64,000 bases of DNA from Candidatus Spongiisociaceae bacterium (lineage in GTDB: Bacteria; Actinomycetota; Acidimicrobiia; Spongiisociales; Spongiisociaceae): NCBI GenBank assembly GCA_965219685.1, contig CBDCOH010000002.1, positions 4,128,001 through 4,192,000 on the forward strand. The letters are read 5' to 3'. Of the stretch, positions 9,981 through 19,972 are shown one piece after another. Positions within the stretch are counted from its first letter, which is position 1; each line of letters begins with the position of its first letter. Made by a program: the position numbers and the translations under genes. The notes under the pieces were generated by a model. It was not told where the DNA came from. It made no database searches and worked only from the letters and a program-made list of their open reading frames with translations.

Positions 9981-10637
9981 ATGACCGACGGTATCGATCT
10001 GAACGCCGACTACGAGGCGGCCGGATTCAAGCGGAGCCTCGAGCCGGGAGAGCACCCGGCGCTCCTCGTCATCGACTTCGTAAATGCCTATCTCGACCGG
10101 ACCTCGCCCTTGTACGCGGGCGTGGAGGAGGCTCTGGATTCCGCGGTCCGCGTGCTTGCCGCGGCCCGGAAGAGTGCCACACCGGTGGTCTACACCAAGG
10201 TGGTCTACACGCCGGGCGGGGTCGACGGCGGCATCTTCTACCGCAAGATCCCGGTCCTGGAGGTGTTCGACGCCGGATCCCCGCTTGGCGAGATACCCGA
10301 CGAACTCGCTCCCGCAACGGACGAGATCGTCATATACAAGCAGTACGCAAGCGCCTTCTTCGGCACCTCGCTGGCTTCCACGCTGACTGCCCTCGGTGTC
10401 GACACCGTCGTGATCGTGGGCCTGTCCACGAGCGGGTGTGTCAGGGCATCCGCCGTGGACGCCATGCAGTACGGCTTCATACCGATCGTGGTGGCCGATG
10501 CGGTCGGTGATCGAGACCCGAGGCCACACGAGGCCAACCTGTTCGACCTGCAAGCCAAGTACGCGGAGGTGGTGACCGAGGACGACGCCATCAAATACCT
10601 CTGGTCTGTCCGTGCCACTATCCACCAGCCACAATGA
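9981..10637 (+). CDS. Isochorismatase-family amidohydrolase (NicF / N-carbamoylsarcosine amidase-like)
   Basis: 'ALLVIDF', 'KQYASAFFGT', 'GLSTSGCVRASAVDA' (D-K-C triad). Confidence 0.92.
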   Translation: MTDGIDLNADYEAAGFKRSLEPGEHPALLVIDFVNAYLDRTSPLYAGVEEALDSAVRVLAAARKSATPVVYTKVVYTPGGVDGGIFYRKIPVLEVFDAGSPLGEIPDELAPATDEIVIYKQYASAFFGTSLASTLTALGVDTVVIVGLSTSGCVRASAVDAMQYGFIPIVVADAVGDRDPRPHEANLFDLQAKYAEVVTEDDAIKYLWSVRATIHQPQ

Positions 10638-11539
10638 CGAGCGGCATCCTCATCACCAAGCAGTTGGGCGCCACCATGGCGGTTCCCAACCCTGCCCGCA
10701 CGGCGGACGCGCTGGCCGGGGCCTTCGAGTGGAGGATCCGCGATACGGGCGACCTGGCGGAGCGTTGGTCCTCGCTCGAGATCCCGGAGCCCGACTCGAT
10801 CATCATGGGTCCGCCGGAGGCAACCCGCGGGCTGGTCCGCTTGGTCCGGACGGCGGACGGGGAGGAACGCGGTCGGCTTCCCCGCGCCTGGTCCTCGGTG
10901 GAGCCGGTGGTGCGCGACCTCGACCGGCTGGTGGCGGAACTCGACCGGCACCCGGACTTCGAGCTCACCAGCCCCGGGATCGAACTCGACATGCGGGACC
11001 ACGGGAGCAACATCCACGAGGCAGCGGTCGCGCGGCTGCATGACTGCCTGTTCGTGCTGACCATGGCCGTTACCCAGCCCGCCGAGCGAGACTTTCCCGA
11101 GTCGCCCTCCCGGGTCGGCCACATCTTCGCTTCCCATCTCCGGTCGACCGAGGCCGATGCAGCCCGGCGTCTCTACTCGGAAGTGTTCGGCATGCGTCCG
11201 CTCATGGTGGTGGAAGGCCACGACACCTTCATCCACCAGTTCTGGGGCGTCGACAGCCGCTACCCGGTGCGGGTCGATGTGTTGCAAGGGGTCACAGAAG
11301 GACTCGGGCTTGGAGCTGTGGAGGTCCAGTCATGGCCCCGCGGCTACCTCGGCCGCTACGTGACCGAGCCGGTCCCGCCCGGGATCGCCGCCGTCACCTA
11401 CCAGGCACCCGACCTCGGAGCCGCCCGCTCTGCGGTCGCCCGGGCCGGGATTACGGTGGTGGGCGAGGACCCGGAGGGTTTCATCGTGCGCGGAGCGGAA
11501 GGCGAGCTTTTCGAGGTCACGTCGACGGATTGGGTCTGA
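10634..11539 (+). CDS. VOC/glyoxalase-fold protein
   Basis: ATGA overlap with the upstream gene; 'ARRLYSEVFGM', 'VRGAEGELFEV'; paralogous to 2-751. Confidence 0.7.
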   Translation: MTSGILITKQLGATMAVPNPARTADALAGAFEWRIRDTGDLAERWSSLEIPEPDSIIMGPPEATRGLVRLVRTADGEERGRLPRAWSSVEPVVRDLDRLVAELDRHPDFELTSPGIELDMRDHGSNIHEAAVARLHDCLFVLTMAVTQPAERDFPESPSRVGHIFASHLRSTEADAARRLYSEVFGMRPLMVVEGHDTFIHQFWGVDSRYPVRVDVLQGVTEGLGLGAVEVQSWPRGYLGRYVTEPVPPGIAAVTYQAPDLGAARSAVARAGITVVGEDPEGFIVRGAEGELFEVTSTDWV

Positions 11540-11557
11540 GGGCGGATCCGGACCGGC

Positions 11558-12481
11558 TCAACGGAACTCCGGTATCACCTCTGCGGCGAACTGCTCGATG
11601 GCCTCGAGGTCGAAGGGCGGCCGGTTGCCGAACACGTTCAGGTTGATCTGGTCCGCTCCGGCGTCGCGGTACGCGGCCACCTGCTCGATCACCTCGTCCA
11701 CCGTCCCCAGCAGCACCTCGCCGGGGCGCAGGTAGGAGGCGTCGATCAGCTCCCGGTAGGCGTTCGCCTCTGCAGGGGTGGTACCCATGTAGAACCCCAC
11801 GTTGATGGCCCTGTCGACAAGCCATGGGTGGCGTCCCTCCATCTCGAGCGCTTCCTGAAGCCGCCGGATGCGGGCTGCGTACTCGGCCGGGGTCATGTTG
11901 TTGCCGTTGTAGACGTCGGCGTACCGGGCCGCGATCGGGACGAGGCGGCGCATGCCCTTGCCGCCGATCCACAGCGGGATCCGGTGCTGGGCCGGCCGCG
12001 GGGTCAGCTTGGCCTTCTCGACGCGGAAGTAGCGTCCCCGGAACGTGAAACCTTTGCGATGGAGAAGGCCCGGCACGACGATGCATGCCTCTTCGAGCTG
12101 GTCGAGGCGTTCCCGCGCGGAGGGGTACCGGTAACCGAAGGCCGTGTACTCGGCTTCCATGGCGCCCGTGCCGAGGCCGAGCTCGACCCGTCCGTGGCTC
12201 CATCGGTCGATCGTGGCAACCGCCTTGGCTATCAGGCTGGGTGACCGGAAGCCCACCGCCCACACCAGGCAGCCGATCCGGATCCGGGTGGTCTCGAGTG
12301 CCAGAGCCGTGAGGGTCGCAACCGGCTCGTAGCAGACTGGCGATCCGTCGCCACGGGGGATCGGGTAGAAGTGATCCGACGTGAAGATCGTGTCGAACCC
12401 GACCTCCTCAGCCAGCCGCCAGACGTTGACCAGATCCTCCAGCGAGCACTCCTGCTGTCCCGTATGTAGCCCGAACCGCAT
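11558..12481 (-). CDS. Luciferase-like (LLM), probably F420-dependent, oxidoreductase
   Basis: 'GFDTIFTSDHF', 'SHGRVELGLGTG', 'IPLWIGGKG'. Confidence 0.92.
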   Translation of the reverse strand: MRFGLHTGQQECSLEDLVNVWRLAEEVGFDTIFTSDHFYPIPRGDGSPVCYEPVATLTALALETTRIRIGCLVWAVGFRSPSLIAKAVATIDRWSHGRVELGLGTGAMEAEYTAFGYRYPSARERLDQLEEACIVVPGLLHRKGFTFRGRYFRVEKAKLTPRPAQHRIPLWIGGKGMRRLVPIAARYADVYNGNNMTPAEYAARIRRLQEALEMEGRHPWLVDRAINVGFYMGTTPAEANAYRELIDASYLRPGEVLLGTVDEVIEQVAAYRDAGADQINLNVFGNRPPFDLEAIEQFAAEVIPEFR

Positions 12482-12561
12482 CGATCGGCCTCCTCGTTAT
12501 TCCGTGGCGAATCCCTGAGAGGGGGGTTCCTACTATCAGTTATTCAGGGTACGTTAGGTGT

Positions 12562-12768
12562 ATGGAGGCCATCTCGGATTGGATCACCCCGGGGATCGTT
12601 GTCGCCGTGTCGAGCATGTTCTGGCGGCGCCTTGTGCGAATCGAGCATCGGTTCGATCGTTCGGAGGATCGTTTGGACGTCCTGACGCGAGGTGTGGCGG
12701 CCAACGGCGTGGCCATCGCTCGGCTCGAAGGTCGTCACCAAGGTCACCCGATCGCCACCGCCGAGTAG
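12562..12768 (+). CDS. Small hypothetical protein (hydrophobic N-terminal helix + coiled coil)
   Basis: 68 aa; leaderless-type -10 TACGTT 6 nt upstream of the ATG. Confidence 0.6.
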   Translation: MEAISDWITPGIVVAVSSMFWRRLVRIEHRFDRSEDRLDVLTRGVAANGVAIARLEGRHQGHPIATAE

Positions 12769-12810
12769 CCCTGCCGTCGAGGTCCGGCCCGGCAGTCCTG
12801 AACAGGCCCT

Positions 12811-13761
12811 CTACGGAACCACCACAACCCGGCCGCGGCCGCCCACGGCGGCATAGCCGGCAGCCATCTCCTCGATCGGAACGGTCAGCCGGACGATCGG
12901 CTTGAGGACGCCATGGGAGATATCGTCGAGCACCTCGGAGATGACCTCCTGGTAGCGGCCCGGCGGCGCCTGGTAGGCATGGAACCCCATGAGGCGGTGC
13001 TGGCGGATCATCGTGAGCGGGATGGTGAACTCGGAGTTCCTGCCGGCGCTGTACCCGATCAGCAGGTGGCGTGCCTTGGGAGCCCCGCACAGGATGGCGG
13101 CGTTCAGGTAGGGACCGCCTAGCGGGTCGATGATCACCTGCGCCCCCTTGCCGCCGGTGGTGGCCATGACTTCCCCGGTCAGGTTCTCAAGAGATACGGG
13201 GACGGCGTCCAGATCGTCCAGCGCCGACGTGTCGCGGGCCGCAGCCAGAACGGTTGCGCCGAAGGCGGCGGATATCTGGCAGGCGGCCCGACCCACCGAA
13301 CCTGTGGCTCCCAGCACCAGGACCGTTCCGTCGGGCCGCAGGCGCCCGTAGTCGAACAGGGCTTGGCGCGCCGAGATGCCACCGCTCACGCCGGCGGCCG
13401 CAAGCATCGGGTCGACCGCCCCGGGGATCGGCACGGCGGCCTCGTCGGGTACCGAGACCTGCTCCGCGGCCATTCCCGGCCTGCTGTTCCCCAGGCCGAA
13501 CGGTCCCCCGCCGACGTATACGAGTTGGCCGGGTTCGAACCTTGCCGAGCTTCGGACCCGACCCACGCCCGTTGCCCCGGGCTGGATGGGGAGAGGACCG
13601 GCGCCGGGCAGCATGCCCATGGCGATCTGGCGGTCGAGCGGAGCGATCTCCGCGGCGATCACGTCGATCAGGGTCTCACCGTCACCTGGTTCCGGCGGGT
13701 TGGTCTCGCTCACCGCCGGACCGGGCGGGTCGGTGAACTCGTGGATTCTCACAGCGCGCAT
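12811..13761 (-). CDS. MDR-superfamily quinone oxidoreductase-like protein
   Basis: GGAGG RBS; 'MRAVRIHEF', 'VLVLGATGSVGRAACQ', 'IIDPLGG'. Confidence 0.9.
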   Translation of the reverse strand: MRAVRIHEFTDPPGPAVSETNPPEPGDGETLIDVIAAEIAPLDRQIAMGMLPGAGPLPIQPGATGVGRVRSSARFEPGQLVYVGGGPFGLGNSRPGMAAEQVSVPDEAAVPIPGAVDPMLAAAGVSGGISARQALFDYGRLRPDGTVLVLGATGSVGRAACQISAAFGATVLAAARDTSALDDLDAVPVSLENLTGEVMATTGGKGAQVIIDPLGGPYLNAAILCGAPKARHLLIGYSAGRNSEFTIPLTMIRQHRLMGFHAYQAPPGRYQEVISEVLDDISHGVLKPIVRLTVPIEEMAAGYAAVGGRGRVVVVP

Positions 13762-13855
13762 TCCGGTACCTCCTCTGTAGTAGTGGCCCCGCCTGCGAGA
13801 CGATCCGGCGTGCCCTGCGAGGAACGCCGCTTCCGGCCCATGCCACACCGGTCCT

Positions 13856-15328
13856 TCACGGGTGGGTCACATGCGTGGGCCGGCGGACGAAGCGACCCCT
13901 GCGCCCTCCGGTGATCTGCCCGTCGGCGAGGACCTGCTGTCCGCGCAGGAACACGTCCTTGACCCGCCCGGTGAGTTCGTGCCCCTCGAAGGGGGTGTAC
14001 TCCTGGGCTGACTCGGAATCGGCCGCGCTGACCACGAACGACCTGTCCGGGTCGAGCACCACGAGGTCGGCGTCCATACCCGGGGCGATGTCCCCCTTTC
14101 GGTGCAGTCCGAAGCGGCGGGCGGGGTTGGCGCTGACGAGCTCTGCGACCCGGTTGGGAGACAGCCCTCGCTTGGTCCCCTCGCCGAACACTCCGGAGAG
14201 CAGGTATTCGGCCCCGCCGAATCCCGCCTTGGCCAGGAACACGTCGTCGCGGTCGGAGGGTGAGAACTTCATCTCGTCGAGGCAGCAGGCATGGTCGGAG
14301 ACCACCCAGTCCACGTTTCCCTCCAGCACGTGGCTCCAAAGGGCCTCGCGGTCGGCCTCGCTCCGCAGCGGCGGGTTGACCTTGCCGCCCAGCCCGCTGG
14401 CGGTGTCGTAGGTGGTCAGCAGGTGGCCCACGGTCACCTCGCGCCGGAAGTCGATATGGTCGAAGGTTGTCGCCATCAGCATGGCCGCTTCGAGTGCCTT
14501 GGCCGACGACAGGTGTAGGAGGTTGATGGTTGCCAACCCGGTCTCGTGGGCGAGGTAGGAGGCGACGGTCACCGCCAGGCCCTCCGAGTGGGGAGGCCTG
14601 GAGGCGCTGTAGGCCTCCAGGCCGGACAGGGTTGGGTCCCGTTCGACCCTTTCCGTGTAGGCGCGCATTATCTCCGCCGTCTCGCAGTGCAGGGAGAGGC
14701 TGATGCTGTCGGCGATTCCCGGGAAGCGTTCCCGAGCAGCCTGGATTCCCCGCATGACCACTTCGAAGTGGGCTACGTCGTACGATTCCCCCTCTGGCGT
14801 CATCAGAAACGAACGCTGGTCCGATGACTTGCCGTGGAGGCCGTGCCCGCCGTAGAACATGAAGATCTTGAAGGAGGGGATCCCGAAGTCCTCGATGATC
14901 GACGGGATCTCCTCGACATGATGGAGCATCATCGGCGCCACGTGGAAGCTGTAGTCGACGTGGGTGCGCCCTTCCGCCATATCCAGCGCCGCCGGTAGGA
15001 ATTCTGTGTAGGGGCCTCCCCGGTTCAGGTAGTACTGGCCGGTCCGGATATATGTGATGCCGGTCGTCACGCCACCCTGCGCGCATGCCCGGCTCTCGGT
15101 GGCTGCGTCGATATCGAGCGGGTTGTAGATTCCCCAATGCTGGTGGGTGTCCACCACACCCGGGAACACCATCAGGCCGCCGGCGTCATGGACGGGGGAG
15201 CCCGACGGGTCGATACCGGGCTCGATGCGGGCGATCTTCCCGGCTCTCACGGCCACGTCCAGGTGCTCCACGCCGGTTCGGAAAGGCCGGACGACCCTCC
15301 CGTTCTTAATGACCAGATCGTAAGACAC
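13856..15328 (-). CDS. Cyclic amidohydrolase (allantoinase/dihydroorotase/hydantoinase family)
   Basis: 'PGVVDTHQH', 'KVNPPLRS', 'VVSDHA', 'NPARRFGL..KGDIAPGMDADL'. Confidence 0.92.
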   Translation of the reverse strand: MSYDLVIKNGRVVRPFRTGVEHLDVAVRAGKIARIEPGIDPSGSPVHDAGGLMVFPGVVDTHQHWGIYNPLDIDAATESRACAQGGVTTGITYIRTGQYYLNRGGPYTEFLPAALDMAEGRTHVDYSFHVAPMMLHHVEEIPSIIEDFGIPSFKIFMFYGGHGLHGKSSDQRSFLMTPEGESYDVAHFEVVMRGIQAARERFPGIADSISLSLHCETAEIMRAYTERVERDPTLSGLEAYSASRPPHSEGLAVTVASYLAHETGLATINLLHLSSAKALEAAMLMATTFDHIDFRREVTVGHLLTTYDTASGLGGKVNPPLRSEADREALWSHVLEGNVDWVVSDHACCLDEMKFSPSDRDDVFLAKAGFGGAEYLLSGVFGEGTKRGLSPNRVAELVSANPARRFGLHRKGDIAPGMDADLVVLDPDRSFVVSAADSESAQEYTPFEGHELTGRVKDVFLRGQQVLADGQITGGRRGRFVRRPTHVTHP

Positions 15329-15378
15329 CCCGGTGTCCCCTTTCGCCTCGGTCGGGCCGAACTCGCTGTGAAACTAGT

Positions 15379-16752
15379 ATGTGCCGATACCCGCCGCCGA
15401 ATCGGCACCTCCCATCGAACGGGGCCCCGTGCAGATCCTCCGAAGGAAGAACCGACCGAGACTCGACCCGACATCGGCGAGGTCGAGCGATTAGGTCCGC
15501 CGGGAGTGGTCAGGAGACCGGTCGCCTGCCTGTGCTCTGGGCGTTCCGGCACCGGAACTTCACGGTGCTGTGGAGTTCGATGCTCTTCTACCGTCTCGGC
15601 TTCTGGGTGGGCTCGATCACCTTCCAGTGGATGGTGGCTCGCATCACCGGCAACAGCCCGTTGATGCTGGGGCTGCTGGCCTTTTTCAACCTGATCCCGA
15701 TGCTGGTCGTGACTCCGATCGGGGGCGTGGTGGCCGACCGGGTGGGTCGCGCCCAGATCCTGGTGGTCTCCCAGTTCTTCATGAGTGCGGCCGCCGGACT
15801 GCTGACCCTGATGGTGGTGCTGGGCCGGGGTGAGTCCGTGGTGGTGTTGTTCGCTTTCGCCTTCGTGTTCGGGGTGGTGCTGTCCTTCAGCGCTCCGGCC
15901 AACCAGGCCGCGGTCGCCAACTCGGTTCCCCAAACCGACCTGAGAAGCGCTATCTCCCTCAACTCGATCGGCCTCAACCTGGCCAGGATCGCAGGGCCCG
16001 CGCTGGCTGGGCCGGTCATTCTGGCGTGGGGCGCCGGCGCCAGCTTCGGGTTGTGGGCGCTGGTCAGCGTGCTGGCCGCGGTGGGGATCTCGACCATCAC
16101 CCTGACTCCCTACGAACCCGAGACGGACTCCCTCGGCGTGGCGCAGCGGATCCTTCAGGGTTTCGACCACGTCCGGGCCCGGCCACCTGCCCTTCTGGCG
16201 CTGACGCTGGTCGCGGTCCTGACGATCTTCGGACAGTCCTATTCGGCCGTTGTGGCCGTCATCGCGTTCGACACCCTCGGCCTGGGCGATCGGGCTTTTA
16301 CATTGCTGGTGACCGCCACCGGCGTCGGAGCGATGGTGGGTGCGCTGGCAGCGGGAACCGGCCGGTTGCCCTCGAGCCTCCCCCGTCTTGCAATCTGGAC
16401 GGTCGGCTTCGCGCTGGCACAGGCTGCCCTCGGAATGTCCCGCTCCCTTGGGGCGGCTCTGGTCTTCATCTGCCTCGTGGGGGGTCTGAACTTCTTCCTG
16501 ATGACCTCCCTCAACGTTCTGCTGCAGCATCTCACCGCCGAATCCAAGCGCGGGAGGATCATGAGCCTGTTCATGCTGGCGTGGGGTGGGCTCTATCCGA
16601 TCGGGGGTCTTGCCGTCGGTTTCGTCGGAGAGCGTATCTCGGTCCCCACCACCCTGGTCGTGTTCGCGGCCGTGCTCACCGTGCTCAGCCTGATGATCGG
16701 TTGGGCGGCCCGGTCAGCGGCTCGAAGCGCCCGTACCGGTCCTTCCCCCTGA
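15379..16752 (+). CDS. MFS transporter (start uncertain)
   Basis: About 12 hydrophobic segments; 'AFRHRNF', 'GGVVADRVGR', 'RGRIMSL'. Confidence 0.88.
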   Translation: MCRYPPPNRHLPSNGAPCRSSEGRTDRDSTRHRRGRAIRSAGSGQETGRLPVLWAFRHRNFTVLWSSMLFYRLGFWVGSITFQWMVARITGNSPLMLGLLAFFNLIPMLVVTPIGGVVADRVGRAQILVVSQFFMSAAAGLLTLMVVLGRGESVVVLFAFAFVFGVVLSFSAPANQAAVANSVPQTDLRSAISLNSIGLNLARIAGPALAGPVILAWGAGASFGLWALVSVLAAVGISTITLTPYEPETDSLGVAQRILQGFDHVRARPPALLALTLVAVLTIFGQSYSAVVAVIAFDTLGLGDRAFTLLVTATGVGAMVGALAAGTGRLPSSLPRLAIWTVGFALAQAALGMSRSLGAALVFICLVGGLNFFLMTSLNVLLQHLTAESKRGRIMSLFMLAWGGLYPIGGLAVGFVGERISVPTTLVVFAAVLTVLSLMIGWAARSAARSARTGPSP

Positions 16753-17019
16753 GCGCGGCCTTAGCTCGCGAAAACCGCCGGCAGCGACTCCATCGCAGGG
16801 CCCGCCCCCGCCACCACCCATCCTCGAGATCGGACGCGCTCCGCGAAGCCCGCCCTATGTGAGCGCGCCCGAGTGAACTGATCCCACCGGCGGCCGGATG
16901 ACGTCCCGTCCAGACTGGCCGGGTGTTTGCTAACACTCATAGTGCAGGACGGCTGTGACAGTTGCAACCCCTTCGCCGCGACTTGTTTCGCGCCCCGGCG
17001 CTCCGCCTGCCGACCCTGC

Positions 17020-17967
17020 TCAGGAGGGTCGGCAGTAGAGATCGCGCAGTCTGGGATCCAGCCAGGCGTACAGGATGTCGACCGCCGTGTTCAGCACGAG
17101 AAAGAAGGTTGCGAGGAACAGGGTCGCTCCGGTGGCCACCGGAATGTCCTGGTTCCGGAGGGACTGCACCAGCAGCCTGCCGACGCCCGGGATCGTGAAT
17201 ACGGTCTCGACGATGACCGTGCCGCTGATTAGGACTCCCACCATCAGGCCTATGACCGTTGCCGTCGGTAGGACGGCATTGGGCAGCGCCACCTGCCGCA
17301 TCACCTTGGGCTCGGCCAGCCCGGCGGAACGTCCGAACGTCACGTAATCGCGCTGGAGGGCGTCCCGCATCGAGACCTGGAGGGTCCGGGAGACCAGCGC
17401 CACCGTGGCCAGACCGAGCACCGATGCAGGCAGGACCAGGTGAAGGAGATTGCCGGTGGGGTCCTCGGTGAACGGGACCCATCCGCCGGCAGGGAGCACG
17501 TCCGGTACATACAGCCCGAACACCATCAGCAGCAGCAGCCCGAGCCAGAAGCTCGGAACGGACACACCGACAACCGTGGCCACCCGTACGGCCACCTCGC
17601 CGAACCGGCCCCTCCGGGCGGTCGTGTAGAGGCCCAGTCCCAGACCCATCGACGTTGCGACGGCGGCGGTCACGAGCGCGAGTTCGAGGGTGGGGCCGGC
17701 CCTGTCTGCAACCAGGCCGGTGACCTTGGCGCCGCTCAGCCACGATCGTCCCAGGTCGCCCTGCACCAGGGCGGACATGTATCGCCCGTACTGGACGACC
17801 AGCGGCTGGTCGAGGCCCAGTTCACGGGCATCGAGACCGCCGAAGATCATCGCCACGTTTCCGGGTGTCAGGGAGATGAGCAGGAACACGAGGGTCGCCA
17901 CCGCCCAGAGCACCAGCACCGACGTGACCAGCCGTCTGAAGATGAAACGCCAGATCAACCCGTCCAC
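17020..17967 (-). CDS. Peptide/nickel ABC transporter permease (DppB-like)
   Basis: 'LGLDQPLVVQYGRY..QGDLGRS', 'ISGTVIVETVFTIPGVG'. Confidence 0.9.
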   Translation of the reverse strand: MDGLIWRFIFRRLVTSVLVLWAVATLVFLLISLTPGNVAMIFGGLDARELGLDQPLVVQYGRYMSALVQGDLGRSWLSGAKVTGLVADRAGPTLELALVTAAVATSMGLGLGLYTTARRGRFGEVAVRVATVVGVSVPSFWLGLLLLMVFGLYVPDVLPAGGWVPFTEDPTGNLLHLVLPASVLGLATVALVSRTLQVSMRDALQRDYVTFGRSAGLAEPKVMRQVALPNAVLPTATVIGLMVGVLISGTVIVETVFTIPGVGRLLVQSLRNQDIPVATGATLFLATFFLVLNTAVDILYAWLDPRLRDLYCRPS

Positions 17968-18022
17968 TACGTCTGGCTCGTGGACCGAACCGAAAGCCCG
18001 CTCTCGGGGAGGGCGGTCTGCA

Positions 18023-19102
18023 TCAGTCGTGCCGTTCGTTCTGGTTCCTGCGTTCCGCCCAGCACTTGGCCTCGACCGGGCCGACACCCGTGAAGTCCTC
18101 CATCCGCTCGCTCACCGCGAACATGGTCACCCCGAGATCCAGGTAGCGGGAGAACCACCGGCGGAACCGGTCGGGATCCGGTGCCCCGGTGAGGGTGAAG
18201 GCCGGGGCGATGTCGGCCTTGGCCATCCTGGCTGCCTCCTTCCGGGCGCCGGCCGCCGCCAAGCGGCGCACCTCCATGGCCTCCGACCACAAGTCGCCGT
18301 GCTTCCAGAGGGACTCGAACCCCGGGTGCGAACAATGGAGGACGATGTTCTCCAGCCACGATCGCCGCCGCGCCCTCAGGAAGGAGTCTTCGACATCGGT
18401 CAGGAAGTGGGTCTCGACGCACACCTCGAAGCCGTCGAGCGACCGGTCGTTTCCGGCCGCCCCCTCCCGGATCCTCTCCCACGCCCACCTGACGTAGGCT
18501 GCCGAGGCGTGCTCGAGGATCACGCCGTCCGCCCAAGCCCCGGCGATCCGCAGCATCATCGGTCCGACCGCGGCGATGTAGATCGGCGGCGTCCGGTCGG
18601 GGATCAGGTCCAGGGTCGCTCGCCGGACGTGGATGGTCCTCCCCTCGTATCGCACGGCTCCGGATGGTCCTCGTTCGATGCCGGGGATCTCCTCGCCGAA
18701 CAGGGCGCGGTAAAGCTTGATGCTGTCCTCCATGCGGGCCGCCGGGCGCTTGAACTCAAGGCCCATCACGTCCTCGACCATGTAGGGCATCGAGGCGCCC
18801 AACCCCAGGGAGAACCTGCCATTCGAGACAGCGTCGACCCAGGCCGACCCGGATGCCAGCAGGGTGGGGGAGTGGCCGAAGACTCCCATGATCCGGGAGT
18901 TCACCTCCACACGGGTCGTTGCCTGGGCGATGAGGGTGAGACCGGGGAAGAGTTCGCTTCGTCCGAAGTCGGCAAGGCATACGATGTCGAATCCGGCCTC
19001 TTCCTGGGCGACGGCGGTGGCGACCACACTATCGGGTGTGATCCTGCCTTCCCACCCTGGGATGGTGAAGTGGTTGGCCTGGGTGGCGAATCGGACTTTC
19101 AC
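18023..19102 (-). CDS. LLM-class flavin/F420-dependent oxidoreductase (Mer-like)
   Basis: 'AQEEAGFDIV', 'SNGRFSLGLGAS', 'PPIYIAAVGPMMLRIAG..ADG'. Confidence 0.88.
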   Translation of the reverse strand: MKVRFATQANHFTIPGWEGRITPDSVVATAVAQEEAGFDIVCLADFGRSELFPGLTLIAQATTRVEVNSRIMGVFGHSPTLLASGSAWVDAVSNGRFSLGLGASMPYMVEDVMGLEFKRPAARMEDSIKLYRALFGEEIPGIERGPSGAVRYEGRTIHVRRATLDLIPDRTPPIYIAAVGPMMLRIAGAWADGVILEHASAAYVRWAWERIREGAAGNDRSLDGFEVCVETHFLTDVEDSFLRARRRSWLENIVLHCSHPGFESLWKHGDLWSEAMEVRRLAAAGARKEAARMAKADIAPAFTLTGAPDPDRFRRWFSRYLDLGVTMFAVSERMEDFTGVGPVEAKCWAERRNQNERHD

Positions 19103-19178
19103 AGGGGCCGAGACCGCCTTGCGCGGGACCACGAGTGTACATTCCGGGGTCGTACCCCAACCCGGCCGGGAGGAGAGC

Positions 19179-19952
19179 GTGGAACGCCGAATCATCAACA
19201 CGAGCCTGGGGCAGACCCATGTGGTCGTCGCCGGCCCCGACGACGCTCCTACTGTGGTGCTCCTGCACCAGACTCCCCGCTCGACCGACGAGTACGCGGA
19301 GGTGATGCCCCTGCTGTCCGACACCTTGCGGGTGGTCGCCATCGACACTCCCGGGTACGGGGCCTCCGACCACCCGCCGGCCCCTCCCAGCATGGGGGAT
19401 TACGCCGCGGTCGTGGCCGACGTGCTGTGGGCGCTGTCCAGCGGTCCCGCCTACGTCTGCGGCCACCACACCGGAGCGATCATCGCGGTCGAGTTCGGGG
19501 CGGCTTATCCGGAGTTGACCCGCAAGGTCATCGCTTCGGGGCTGATCTGGGTCGACGACGAGGTACGAGCCGACCTGGGTCCGCGGTTCAAACAGTGGAC
19601 GGTACAGGCCGACGGGTCACACCTGACGGCGCATTGGGAGCGCCTGTCCTACTGGACCTCTCCCGACACAGCCCTCACCCAACGTCTGCTGCTCGATGTC
19701 TACCGGGCCGGCGAGACCAGCGAGTTCGGTCACTGGGCGTGTCTGGAGTACGACATGGAAGCCCGCTTGCCACTGGTGGGGAGCCCTGTCCTGATCCTCA
19801 CGGGTAGGGATGATCCGTTCGTCACACCCCCGCAGATCCAGCGGTTGACCGCGGCCCTCCCGGACACGGAGGTCTCCTACATCGATGGCAGCGTCTTCCT
19901 GCCCAACGAGAACCCCGAGGGCTTCGCCGGCGCGATCCTCTCGTTCATATGA
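19179..19952 (+). CDS. Alpha/beta-fold hydrolase with non-Ser nucleophile elbow (GHHTG)
   Basis: GGAGGAG RBS and GTG; 'VVLLHQTP', 'AIDTPGYGAS', 'GHHTGA'. Confidence 0.88.
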   Translation: MERRIINTSLGQTHVVVAGPDDAPTVVLLHQTPRSTDEYAEVMPLLSDTLRVVAIDTPGYGASDHPPAPPSMGDYAAVVADVLWALSSGPAYVCGHHTGAIIAVEFGAAYPELTRKVIASGLIWVDDEVRADLGPRFKQWTVQADGSHLTAHWERLSYWTSPDTALTQRLLLDVYRAGETSEFGHWACLEYDMEARLPLVGSPVLILTGRDDPFVTPPQIQRLTAALPDTEVSYIDGSVFLPNENPEGFAGAILSFI

Positions 19953-19972
19953 GGACAGAGGGAGGAAGTCGC

